A stretch of DNA of 64,000 nucleotides, from the NCBI GenBank assembly GCA_023485295.1, contig JAMCZQ010000007.1, positions 26,335 through 90,334 of the forward strand, given 5' to 3'. The notes below the pieces were generated by a model that did no database searches, was not told the DNA's origin, and saw only the letters and a program-made list of their open reading frames with translations. The stretch comes from Candidatus Marsarchaeota archaeon (GTDB lineage Archaea; Micrarchaeota; Micrarchaeia; Micrarchaeales; Micrarchaeaceae). Positions 55,495 to 64,000 of this stretch are shown one piece after another (positions within the stretch are counted from its first letter, which is position 1; each line of letters begins with the position of its first letter). Both the position numbers and the translations under genes were made by a program.

Positions 55495-56556
55495 ATGAGC
55501 GACTTCGTAAATGAAATGTTGGGTGGGAACGCTTCGACGAGCGAAACAGAAGACTTCGGTTCCTCACAGATAAAGATAGTTACTGCCGGCTTCGGTGGCG
55601 GCGGAAACAACATAATAAACAGGCTTGTAAAGGCCGGCGTGAAGGGCACAGAGTTCGTTGCTTTCAACACGGACTACCAGCATTTTAAAATCATAGACGA
55701 AAGGATAAACAAGATACTTATAGGGAAATCCCTTACAAGGGGCTTGGGCGCTGGCGGCGACCCGCTTCTCGGCGCGAAGGCGGCAGAGGTTGACAGGCCG
55801 CTCATAGAGAAAGCATTTGAAGGTGCGCAGCTCGTATTCCTATGCGCAGGCATGGGCGGCGGCACAGGCACTGGATCCATAAGGGTGGCAGCGCAAGTGG
55901 CAAAGGAGCAGGGTGCGATTGTAGTATCAATGGTTACATACCCGTTCGACCTGGAGAGGATAAGGAAGGTCAAGGCGGAGGAGGGCATCCAAGAGCTCAG
56001 GAAATACAGCGACAGCGTGATAATACTGGACAACAACAGGCTTGTAAAGCTTGTGCCGAACCTTCCAATGAACGATGCGTTTGCCTTGGCAGACGAAGTA
56101 CTTGCAAAGGCGATCGGAGGGCTCGTTTGGACGATAACCCAGCCAAGCCTGATAAACATAGACTTCGCAGACGTACGTTCCATAATGGGCAACGGACAGG
56201 TCGGCTTCATAGCAGTCGGCAGTGGCAAGGGCACTGACAAGGTCAACATAGCTGCAGAAGCTGTTCTAAAAAACAAGCTTCTTGACGTGGACTTTGAGAA
56301 TGCAAAAGGCGCGCTGATACACATATCAGGAGGCGCTTCGCTCACCATAGGCGACGCAATAAAGGCCGGCGAGATAATAACTGACCGCATGGACCCGAAG
56401 GCAAACATAAAATGGGGAGCAAGGCTCATACCCGGATATGACGACCAGATTGAGATAGTGGCAATAGTCACAGGCGTGAAAGGCTCTAGTATAATAGGGA
56501 AGCTGGAGGAAAAGAAGCACGAGTCTTCGTATTCGGATTTGGAGATGATAGGCTGA
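55495..56556 (+). CDS. ftsZ: Cell division GTPase FtsZ (paralog B)
   Basis: ATG at 55495 (the track ORF starts at TTG 55474). GFGGGGNN, GLGAGGDPLLG, AGMGGGTGTGS, NIDFADV. Confidence 0.9.
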   Translation: MSDFVNEMLGGNASTSETEDFGSSQIKIVTAGFGGGGNNIINRLVKAGVKGTEFVAFNTDYQHFKIIDERINKILIGKSLTRGLGAGGDPLLGAKAAEVDRPLIEKAFEGAQLVFLCAGMGGGTGTGSIRVAAQVAKEQGAIVVSMVTYPFDLERIRKVKAEEGIQELRKYSDSVIILDNNRLVKLVPNLPMNDAFALADEVLAKAIGGLVWTITQPSLINIDFADVRSIMGNGQVGFIAVGSGKGTDKVNIAAEAVLKNKLLDVDFENAKGALIHISGGASLTIGDAIKAGEIITDRMDPKANIKWGARLIPGYDDQIEIVAIVTGVKGSSIIGKLEEKKHESSYSDLEMIG

Positions 56557-56590
56557 TTATGCCTATCATCATTCATATTTGGTGACCAGA

Positions 56591-57616
56591 ATGAGCAACA
56601 TAGGAATGGATGAGGACTACACTGCAAAAATATTAGTGGTAGGTGCAGGCGGGCAGGGCAGCAACCTTGTGAACAGGCTCGTAAACAACGGCCTGTCAAG
56701 CGCAAAGACGCTAGCCATAAATACTGATGCCAAGCACCTGAACATGATCAAGGCCCACAAGAAGATACTTATCGGAAAGGAGATTACGCACGGCCTTGGC
56801 GCAGGCGGCTTTCCGGAAGTCGGCATGAAATGCGCTGAATCGAGCCAAAGCGAAATCTCGGAAGCGATACAGGGATACGACATGGTGTTCATATCCGCAG
56901 GCATGGGCGGCGGCACAGGCGGCGGATCAGCTCCAGTAATAGCCAAGCTGGCAAAGGAGCAGGGCTCGCTAGTCATAGGCTTTGTGACCTATCCATTCTC
57001 GCTAGAAAGAAGCAGGAAAACCAAGGCAGACTGGTCGCTGGACCAGCTGAGGAAGAACGCAGACACAACAATAGTTGTTGAAAACGACAGGCTGCTGAGC
57101 TATGCGCCAAACCTTCCTGTTGAGAAGTCGTTTGAGCTGATAGACAATATAGCATACAACGCGATAAAAGGCATAACAGATACAATCACGCTTCCAAGCC
57201 TGATAAACCTGGACTACGCGGACATACGCGCAGTACTGCGCGATGGCGGCACAGCAGTGATAAACCTGGGCTTTGGCAATGGCACGGACAAGGTGCAAAA
57301 AGCCATAAAATCAACGCTCACGCATCCTCTGCTGGATGTGGACGTGACCAATGGCAAGAGCGCACTGATCCACGTAAGCGGCGGAGTTTCTATGACAATA
57401 GACGAAGCGACAAAGATAGGAGAGGGCGTTACCGAAGGCCTGGACCCAAAAGCCAATGTCATCTTCGGCGCAAGGCTTGCCCCTGAAATGGGCGACCAGA
57501 TACGCGTAATGTCAATAATCACAGGAGTCACGCCAAGGTTCGGCACAATGACCACCAAAGCTTCAAGCACTGAATTCAACGGGGAATTCCTTTCAGGGAT
57601 AGACAGGGTATACTGA
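56591..57616 (+). CDS. ftsZ: Cell division GTPase FtsZ (paralog C)
   Basis: ATG at 56591 (TTG/GTG alternatives at 56579/56582). GAGGQGSN, GLGAGGFPEVG, AGMGGGTGGGSAP, NLDYADI. Confidence 0.9.
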   Translation: MSNIGMDEDYTAKILVVGAGGQGSNLVNRLVNNGLSSAKTLAINTDAKHLNMIKAHKKILIGKEITHGLGAGGFPEVGMKCAESSQSEISEAIQGYDMVFISAGMGGGTGGGSAPVIAKLAKEQGSLVIGFVTYPFSLERSRKTKADWSLDQLRKNADTTIVVENDRLLSYAPNLPVEKSFELIDNIAYNAIKGITDTITLPSLINLDYADIRAVLRDGGTAVINLGFGNGTDKVQKAIKSTLTHPLLDVDVTNGKSALIHVSGGVSMTIDEATKIGEGVTEGLDPKANVIFGARLAPEMGDQIRVMSIITGVTPRFGTMTTKASSTEFNGEFLSGIDRVY

Positions 57617-57711
57617 CCTGGCTATTTCTATTTCTTTTTTCTTGCCCATTTTATTTATATTTAAATAACTTTTGATACCTAATCCTATGTAAAATCTATT
57701 TGGTAGTTATA

Positions 57712-58122
57712 ATGACAGAAGAGGAGATACTTCACGCATCAGCGAAAGAGATAAAGGTCGGAAGGTTCATAGTTATAGACGGAATACCGTGCAAGGTGGT
57801 CGACATAGAGACCAGCTCGCCAGGCAAGCACGGCTCTGCAAAGATGCGCATAACGGCAATAGGCATATTTGACGGGCAGAAGAAGACACTGCTGAAGCCA
57901 AGCGATGGCGACGCAGAGGTCCCTGTAATAAAAAAGAAGAAGGTGCAGGTTGTATCTGTCACAGACTCATCGGCGCAGCTCATGGACCCCGAAACATATG
58001 AGGTATTCGACCTGCCTGTGCCAGAAGAGCTTAAGGGCAAGATAGAATCAGGGATGAACGCAGAGGTCATCGAGGCAATGGGAAAGCGTGCCATTTCAAG
58101 GATACTTGGCAGCAACGAGTGA
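57712..58122 (+). CDS. eif5a: Translation initiation factor 5A (aIF5A)
   Basis: SSPGKHGSAKMRI contains the hypusine-site lysine context. Confidence 0.9.
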   Translation: MTEEEILHASAKEIKVGRFIVIDGIPCKVVDIETSSPGKHGSAKMRITAIGIFDGQKKTLLKPSDGDAEVPVIKKKKVQVVSVTDSSAQLMDPETYEVFDLPVPEELKGKIESGMNAEVIEAMGKRAISRILGSNE

Positions 58123-58126
58123 TTTT

Positions 58127-58447
58127 ATGGAAATAAAAATAACCAGCGATAAGAAGAACAAGATTTTCAACAGAAGGGAAATAAATTTTGTTGTTGTAGG
58201 GGAAGGCAGCACGCCATCTGCAGCGGAAGTGAAAAAGGATCTGTGCAAAAAGCTGAACCTGAATCCCGACGCAACGACCGTGCGCCAGATAAAGCAGGTT
58301 TTTGGTTCAATGACATGCGAGTGCGATGCAGTTTCTTACGAGACGCCTGCTGAGCTTGCCCAAAATGAGAAGAAGTACTTACTGTCAAGGAGGGAAAAGT
58401 CAGCTTCCAAGCCCCAGGCGCAGGAGGGCCAGCAGGCAAGCGCCTGA
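58127..58447 (+). CDS. rps24e: 30S ribosomal protein S24e
   Basis: MEIKITSDKKNKIFNRREINF... is a typical eS24 N-terminus. The track ORF's upstream extension overlaps eif5a. Confidence 0.85.
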   Translation: MEIKITSDKKNKIFNRREINFVVVGEGSTPSAAEVKKDLCKKLNLNPDATTVRQIKQVFGSMTCECDAVSYETPAELAQNEKKYLLSRREKSASKPQAQEGQQASA

Positions 58448-58473
58448 ACAGGCTGCAATAACGGTTGATTCTT

Positions 58474-58650
58474 ATGGCTGAAGGCAAAAACGACAAAGGC
58501 GCAAAAAGCGCAAAGGAGAAACACAAACCTTACAAACCAGGCAAGATGTGCCCTAAATGCGGCTCTAGGATGGGTGAGCACCAGGACAGGTATGCATGCG
58601 GGAAATGCGGCTACACTGAATTCAAGTCGCAGAAGAAAAACGGTGCATAG
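58474..58650 (+). CDS. rps27ae: 30S ribosomal protein S27ae
   Basis: CPKCGSRM...CGKCGYTEF zinc ribbon, directly downstream of rps24e as in many archaea. Confidence 0.85.
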   Translation: MAEGKNDKGAKSAKEKHKPYKPGKMCPKCGSRMGEHQDRYACGKCGYTEFKSQKKNGA

Positions 58651-58653
58651 ATC

Positions 58654-59403
58654 TTGGCAGGTGTTTCGGCAAAGGCTAAAAACAGGCAGAAAGGGTTGAA
58701 AAAAGGCAGCACGGCAAGGCAAAAACGCCTAAAAAGTGAAGCACGCCCCAGATATGCATGGGAAGGCAGCTATGTCAAGCCCATATTCTATATTGCGCTG
58801 TTCGTCTCAATACTCTCAATATTCTTATTCCCCTATCTATATCTTGCAGGGATAATAAGCATAAATGCAGCAAATGCTGACGCCACGATAGGGCTGTCGC
58901 TTTTCTTCCCTCTTGTAGTCTTTTCCTATCTTCTGGCAAAAGGCCGTACCCTGAAAGAGATAGTCAAAGAGCTCGGCCTTTCAAGGGAAGCATTAAACAG
59001 GCACGCACTGATGATAGGGGTGCTTGTTTTCGTCGCAATTCTGCTCCTGGAGTTTGGCATAAGCGCATTCCAGCAAGTAACCAACATAAAGCTGCCTACG
59101 AATGTCGCGCAGGTTTTCGCCGGGCTGCCTGCATACATTTTCGCATTCGCTGTTGTTGTAGCACCTTTCGACGAAGAAGTGCTATTCAGGGGCTTCCTTG
59201 TGCCTCGCATAGGCATAATACTGAGCGCACTCATATTCGGGTTCCTGCACTTCCTGAGCTATGCATCCATATCAGAATTCGTAGCTGCATTCGTTTTCGG
59301 TCTGCTCGCAGGGTATGCATTCAGAAAGACAAAATCATTGTACTCCACAATCCTGCCACACATGCTTGTCAACGTGCTGGGGGTCCTTGCCCTGCTGTTA
59401 TAA
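58654..59403 (+). CDS. CPBP-family intramembrane glutamic endopeptidase (CAAX protease-like)
   Basis: FDEEVLFRGF, FGFLH, HMLVN motifs. Start codon uncertain. Confidence 0.75.
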   Translation: MAGVSAKAKNRQKGLKKGSTARQKRLKSEARPRYAWEGSYVKPIFYIALFVSILSIFLFPYLYLAGIISINAANADATIGLSLFFPLVVFSYLLAKGRTLKEIVKELGLSREALNRHALMIGVLVFVAILLLEFGISAFQQVTNIKLPTNVAQVFAGLPAYIFAFAVVVAPFDEEVLFRGFLVPRIGIILSALIFGFLHFLSYASISEFVAAFVFGLLAGYAFRKTKSLYSTILPHMLVNVLGVLALLL

Positions 59404-59404
59404 G

Positions 59405-60103
59405 GTGCTTCAATTGAGGATCAGGCTTGTTGTCGTAGAGCCGCATTACCAGCTGAACATCGGCTACATGGCCAGGGTAGCAAAGAATTTTGGGATAGAA
59501 AGGCTATGGATAGTCAATCCGAAATGCAGGTATAACGGCAAGACTGCCATAAAATATTCAAAGCACGCCTATGGCCTCATCGCCAGGGCGCGGATATGCA
59601 AGTCTCTTGCAGAAGCTACAAAAGGCACTATGAGCATAGGGACCACAGCCATATGGCGCAAGGCCTCTTCTGGCTCAAGCAAGGTATATGAGCTTTCAGA
59701 CATTGCAAAGCTGAAAGGCCTTGGGAACAAGAGAGTATCGCTAGTCATAGGCAGGGACACTACCGGGCTGACAAGCGCTGAGCTTTCCGAATGCGACGCG
59801 ATCGTGTTCATAGGCGCAAGCCCCAGTTATCCTACGCTGAACATTTCGCACGCGCTTGCGATAATGCTTTACACGCTTTCTGGCAATCTGGATGCAGGGT
59901 TCAGCACGTTTGCGAAAGCCTCAGCTGCGGACAGCGGCGACATTGAAATGCTTTATAAGCTGTTTTCCTCATTCGTGGACCACAACAAAAAGATACGTAA
60001 AAAGGCGGCAGTAAAGCAGGCGTTCAAGCACATGCTGCAAAGATCTGCGCCAACAAAGCGCGAAGTGGCTACATTGCTTATTGCATTCACAAAGAAAACT
60101 TGA
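59405..60103 (+). CDS. SpoU/TrmH-class RNA 2'-O-methyltransferase (TrmJ-like)
   Basis: GTG at 59405. IRLVVVEPHYQLNIGYMARVAKNFG..LWIVNP, plus a C-terminal SPOUT-knot region LNISHALAIMLY. Confidence 0.7.
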   Translation: MLQLRIRLVVVEPHYQLNIGYMARVAKNFGIERLWIVNPKCRYNGKTAIKYSKHAYGLIARARICKSLAEATKGTMSIGTTAIWRKASSGSSKVYELSDIAKLKGLGNKRVSLVIGRDTTGLTSAELSECDAIVFIGASPSYPTLNISHALAIMLYTLSGNLDAGFSTFAKASAADSGDIEMLYKLFSSFVDHNKKIRKKAAVKQAFKHMLQRSAPTKREVATLLIAFTKKT

Positions 60104-60127
60104 AAAGAAAAAGTAAAAGCGCCAGGT

Positions 60128-60505
60128 TCAAGACTTCGAAGCAGGCTTCTTTGACTTTATTATTTTTACCCTTGATGGAGCAAGTATGATTTTCTCCTTG
60201 TCTATCTGTGCTATGTCCCCGTCAATCTTGCCCACGTACTCCTTGAGCGTGCTGACAAGGCCGTTTAGTGTATTGACCCTGCTTGACATCTCGGAAACGT
60301 TAAGCAGTATTATATTCTTCTTGCTCAGCTCTGCCTCTATCAAGGCTATGTCATCTTCGCTTTTCAGCGTAACCGGCTTTATGTAGAAGTCAGCAGGTTC
60401 GTTTAAAACGTCAACGTTTTCCATCTCTTCGGAATTCATGTAGTCCTCAACATTGAGCTCCTTTGATGTGCCTAAGCCCTTGCCCATTCTGTCAAAAATA
60501 CCCAT
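60128..60505 (-). CDS. sepF: Cell division protein SepF
   Basis: 125 aa. DFYIKPVTLKSEDDIALIEAEL..KNIILLNVS...IDGDIAQIDKEKIILAP fits the SepF/DUF552 pattern. Confidence 0.75.
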   Translation of the reverse strand: MGIFDRMGKGLGTSKELNVEDYMNSEEMENVDVLNEPADFYIKPVTLKSEDDIALIEAELSKKNIILLNVSEMSSRVNTLNGLVSTLKEYVGKIDGDIAQIDKEKIILAPSRVKIIKSKKPASKS

Positions 60506-60685
60506 TTAGTCACCTTTTCGTCGTCTATTACTATATGACATTAGTTATTTTAAATCTTTCTATAACTGACAATAGCAGAACAAACCGATTGCATTTTGCT
60601 CAAATGCAATGCGAAGCAGAAGATTCTTATATCAAAAATGAAAAAAGCTTTAAAAACATGCTATACTATTGTTAAGTGAGCATTG

Positions 60686-61069
60686 ATGATATACTTAAAA
60701 CGCGTATATGACAAGGTGGACATAAAAGACGGCACACGAATACTAATAGATAGGCTGTGGCCAAGGGGCGTAAGGCGCAGCACTTCGAACATAGACCTGT
60801 GGCTGAAGGACGTTGCACCAAGCGACGAGCTTAGGAAATGGTTCGCCCACGAAAAGGACAAATGGCCGGAATTCCAGAGGCGCTATAAGGAGGAGCTGCG
60901 TACGAACAAAGCTCTTGACAAGCTCATAGACATAGCGCTGAGCACAGAGCCGATAACGCTGCTTTACGCTTCTAGCGACAGCAGCCACAACAATGCAGTT
61001 GTGCTGTACAAAGTGCTGCAGCAAAGGCTTGAGAAGATAAAGAAGATATCTGCAACTAGCAAGGCCTGA
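60686..61069 (+). CDS. DUF488-family protein
   Basis: RILIDRLWPRGV...LWLKDVAPSDELRKWF. Confidence 0.75.
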   Translation: MIYLKRVYDKVDIKDGTRILIDRLWPRGVRRSTSNIDLWLKDVAPSDELRKWFAHEKDKWPEFQRRYKEELRTNKALDKLIDIALSTEPITLLYASSDSSHNNAVVLYKVLQQRLEKIKKISATSKA

Positions 61070-61080
61070 AATCAAGCGCT

Positions 61081-61494
61081 TCAGAATAGCTTATAATGCT
61101 CCTTCATCATGCACCTGTTCATTATGAAAAGCATGCCATTGTCCTCAGCTATCTTTTTCGCTTCGTCGTTGAATATGCCCTCTTGGAGCCATAGGGCCTT
61201 AGCCTTTATCGCTACCGCCTGCTTTGCTATTTCTACAGTTTCAGGCGAAGGCCTGAACACGTCAACCACATCAACAGGGAATCCTATCTCCAAAAGGCTT
61301 TTGTATGCCTTCTCGCCCAATATCTCATCGGCGCTTGGATTGACAGGTATTATCCTATAACCAACGCTCTGGAGATAAGCAGGCACGTCATGGCTTGGCT
61401 TTCCCTCGTTTCGCGAGCATCCCACTACAGCAATGACATGGTATTTCGAAAGTATCTCATAAGCTACCTTGTCAGCTTCATCCTGCAATACCAT
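61081..61494 (-). CDS. CoA-binding domain protein
   Basis: 137 aa. IAVVGCSRNEGKPSHDVPAYLQSVGYRIIPVNP. Confidence 0.8.
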   Translation of the reverse strand: MVLQDEADKVAYEILSKYHVIAVVGCSRNEGKPSHDVPAYLQSVGYRIIPVNPSADEILGEKAYKSLLEIGFPVDVVDVFRPSPETVEIAKQAVAIKAKALWLQEGIFNDEAKKIAEDNGMLFIMNRCMMKEHYKLF

Positions 61495-61588
61495 TTAATC
61501 CAGTTATTAATCACCATAGGACTTAAATAAAGGTGCCTTTTATTTTGTAATTTAGCTTTTTTCATGCAAAAGATAAATAGGTGTAATT

Positions 61589-62905
61589 ATGGAGGATTAT
61601 GATGTTGTAGTGTGCGGGGGAGGACCTGCAGGGATAGGTGCTGCCTTTAGCGCTGCAAATATGGGGCTCAAAACCGCGATAATAGAAAGGCATTTCATGC
61701 TCGGCGGCAACTGGACGAACGGTTATGTCCTTTCCGTTCTTGGCATGTATACATATGACGGCGAAAACAAGATAGTCGGAGGGATTGCCGACGAGGTCGT
61801 CGCAGAGCTTAAGAAAAATGGTGGCACGGAAGGGCAGGCAGGAAACTTCGTTCCGTTCAGGCCTGATGAAATGAAGCTCACGCTCGACACACTTGCGAAG
61901 AAGAAGGGCATAACCGTTTATTATGGCAGCTTGGTAAAGAGCACAAAGAAGGACGGAAATCGCATATCATCTGTATATGTTTCTGGAAAGAGCAATACCG
62001 AAGTCAAAGGGAAGTTTTTTATAGATTCGACTGGAGATGCAGACATAGCATTTTATTCTGGGGCAAAAATCATGTCTGGAATGGAAAACTCTGGAATACA
62101 CCAGCAGGCAACGCTGCCGTTTAGGATAGGCAATATAAATGAGGAGAGGATAATCCTGTTCGCAATAGAACATCAAAATTTTATATCTGTTAAAGTTAAC
62201 GAGAAAGGCAGGCTGGAACGCTTCAGGGTTCTTCCAGATTTCGTAAAGCTAGCAAAGGAAAAATATTGGCTTTACTTGCCTTATGCGAATGCCGAATTCA
62301 TGTTCAATACGAGCAAAAAAGGCGAATTCGTATGCAACGCTACCCACGTCAACATAGATGATTTCACTGACGGCAACCAGATGGCGAAAGCCATAGAAGA
62401 CGCACGAGAGCAGATCATCTCTTCGATTGAGTTCTTCACGAAGGAGGTCAGCGGATTCGAAGACGCTTACCTTATCGATTCTGCACCATCTATAGGTTTG
62501 AGGGAAACCAGAAGGGCAGTCGGAGAATACGTCCTTAAGATGGACGACGTGCTGAACAACGCCAGATTTGAAGACGCAATAGCCAGATGTGGGCACCCGA
62601 TAGAAGTGCATGATCCGAACAAAGGCGTAATCTATACGCACCTTAAAGGAGGCGACGGCTCCTTTTATGATGTTCCGTATCGTTCTATAGTAGTAAAGGG
62701 CATAGACAATCTTTTTGCCATAGGTAGATGCCTTAGCGCGGAATTCTATGCTCAGGCGAGCGCAAGAGTCACAGGCACAGCAATGGCAATGGGACAGGCA
62801 GCTGCATCTGCTGCGAAGATAGCTATAGACAAGGAGCTCAAAGCCAAAGATGTTCCGATAAAGGAGCTGCAGGAGCTGCTTAAAAAGAACGGCGCCATAC
62901 TTTAA
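61589..62905 (+). CDS. FAD-dependent oxidoreductase (FAD_oxidored-like)
   Basis: 438 aa. YDVVVCGGGPAGIGAA dinucleotide-binding motif. Confidence 0.7.
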   Translation: MEDYDVVVCGGGPAGIGAAFSAANMGLKTAIIERHFMLGGNWTNGYVLSVLGMYTYDGENKIVGGIADEVVAELKKNGGTEGQAGNFVPFRPDEMKLTLDTLAKKKGITVYYGSLVKSTKKDGNRISSVYVSGKSNTEVKGKFFIDSTGDADIAFYSGAKIMSGMENSGIHQQATLPFRIGNINEERIILFAIEHQNFISVKVNEKGRLERFRVLPDFVKLAKEKYWLYLPYANAEFMFNTSKKGEFVCNATHVNIDDFTDGNQMAKAIEDAREQIISSIEFFTKEVSGFEDAYLIDSAPSIGLRETRRAVGEYVLKMDDVLNNARFEDAIARCGHPIEVHDPNKGVIYTHLKGGDGSFYDVPYRSIVVKGIDNLFAIGRCLSAEFYAQASARVTGTAMAMGQAAASAAKIAIDKELKAKDVPIKELQELLKKNGAIL

Positions 62906-63012
62906 GTTTTAATGTATTTGTATAGGCACGTTAAGGGCCTTGAGGCAAGGTCAAATATACAAAAAATAAAAAGAAAGGGTGCGACAAGCGCACCTTGCTC
63001 AGCTGTATCTCC

Positions 63013-64000
63013 TCAGCCTTTTTTCTTTAATCTTCGTGCTGCAGAGCTTGCCTTTGTTGCAGCCTTGCGGACCAGCAGCATAGGTGACAAGATCATAGAT
63101 ATGAACTCCAGCACAAGCACCGCAGTCACACCAATTGCCATGGTGGAAAAGCTGCCGAAGTATCCGCCCAGTATTACCGGAACGAAAGCCACGCCGAGGT
63201 TCGTAAAGACGCTGTACATCGATGTAGCAAACCCTGCCTGTGCAGGATCTGATACATAGTTTGTTGTCGATGTCATTGCCATTGACCAATAGGCGTTTCC
63301 GAAGAAGCCGAACAGGAAGAACCCTGCAGCTATTGCGGCTATGGCGCTTGTGTACGAAAGCCCTAGCACCATGAGCAATGTTGCCACGAACATCAGCACG
63401 CCGGTAGATACCAAGCCAAGCCTAAACTGCCTGTATTTCTCGAACAGCGGCGGCAGTATTATTGCGCCTAGAGCCGAGCCGAGGAATGCGAGACCTCCCA
63501 TGAGCCCGCCATACGACAGTGCGCTTGCAACGCTGAACTTGTGAAGTAGCAGCACCGTAGAGGCTATGCCTCCGAACATAACAGATATAGCAGATATGGA
63601 GAGGCCTACGTACCAGTTCTTTATCATTCCAGGCTTGAACGAGCCTTTAAGCGATTTGCCCTTGTAGAATGTGGGATATCCCTTTATTCCTACTGCTATC
63701 CATATGGCAGCTATTATGGCCAGGACTACTGTAGTCCACAGCGCACCGGACAATCCGAATGCCCCGAATATGCCAGGGCCTAGGAATGCACCAAATGCCA
63801 TTCCGAGAAACAGCATTCCGACGCTTATTCCTATCACAGTGTGCGCCTTGTCCTTGAATATAGAATCTGCAACCGTGCCAACAGGTGCCATTGCAAGCGG
63901 ATATGCTATTGCAGCGATTATTCCAGTTATTAGGAATGCGACATAGTTAGGAGATATTGCTCTTCCTATGAGTCCTATTACGGATATTATGGCTGCAGAA
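63013..64000 (-). CDS. MFS-type transporter, 5' end beyond the window
   Basis: The hydrophobic multi-TM ORF stays open in frame upstream of the Met at 63891 through to position 64000. Confidence 0.65.
   Translation of the reverse strand, partial: SAAIISVIGLIGRAISPNYVAFLITGIIAAIAYPLAMAPVGTVADSIFKDKAHTVIGISVGMLFLGMAFGAFLGPGIFGAFGLSGALWTTVVLAIIAAIWIAVGIKGYPTFYKGKSLKGSFKPGMIKNWYVGLSISAISVMFGGIASTVLLLHKFSVASALSYGGLMGGLAFLGSALGAIILPPLFEKYRQFRLGLVSTGVLMFVATLLMVLGLSYTSAIAAIAAGFFLFGFFGNAYWSMAMTSTTNYVSDPAQAGFATSMYSVFTNLGVAFVPVILGGYFGSFSTMAIGVTAVLVLEFISMILSPMLLVRKAATKASSAARRLKKKG

Noticed and set aside
55674-56705. 343-aa minus-strand ORF spanning the tandem ftsZ genes
   Set aside because: It is antisense to two genes with unambiguous FtsZ signatures and has a low-complexity Ser/Pro/Ala composition.

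Overview
Gene-dense (~90% coding) archaeal chromosomal window. The archaeal call rests on Topo VI-B, MCM, Rad50, XPD, Kae1/Bud32, aIF5A, aSUI1, aEF-1beta, Dph2, ribosomal proteins S8e/S24e/S26e/S27ae/L10e/L29, and a class III signal-peptide pilin. Codon usage and gene content fit a small-genome DPANN (Micrarchaeota-like) or Thermoplasmata-like lineage; that placement is inference only. I recognised no rRNA, tRNA, CRISPR array, integrase or transposase. Positions 24.5-64 kb are mostly housekeeping: gdhA, icd, MTAP, metG, three FtsZ paralogs plus SepF, translation factors, a presenilin-type protease, a secreted Lon-S16-type protease, and an argF with a clear 3' frameshift. The standout is a ~17.5-kb block (1739..19238) of 18 co-directional minus-strand genes, many with 1- or 4-nt stop/start overlaps. 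It encodes two tandem near-identical VirB2/TrbC-like pilin candidates, a 245-aa membrane protein, and six tandem paralogous polytopic membrane proteins, two of which carry Cys-rich plus Thr/Ser mucin-like ectodomains. It also encodes two paralogous 2-TM plus soluble-domain proteins, a VirB4/TraC-type ATPase, a stand-alone copy of that ATPase's C-terminal domain, small Zn-ribbon/coiled-coil/wHTH proteins, and a 783-aa sequon-rich bitopic surface protein. I read this as a chromosomal type IV secretion / Ced-like conjugative-pilus machine with no relaxase, coupling protein or integrase. A Dol-P-sugar type glycosylation module lies next to it (19.4-24.4 kb). All functional calls come from motif recognition by eye; no searches were run.
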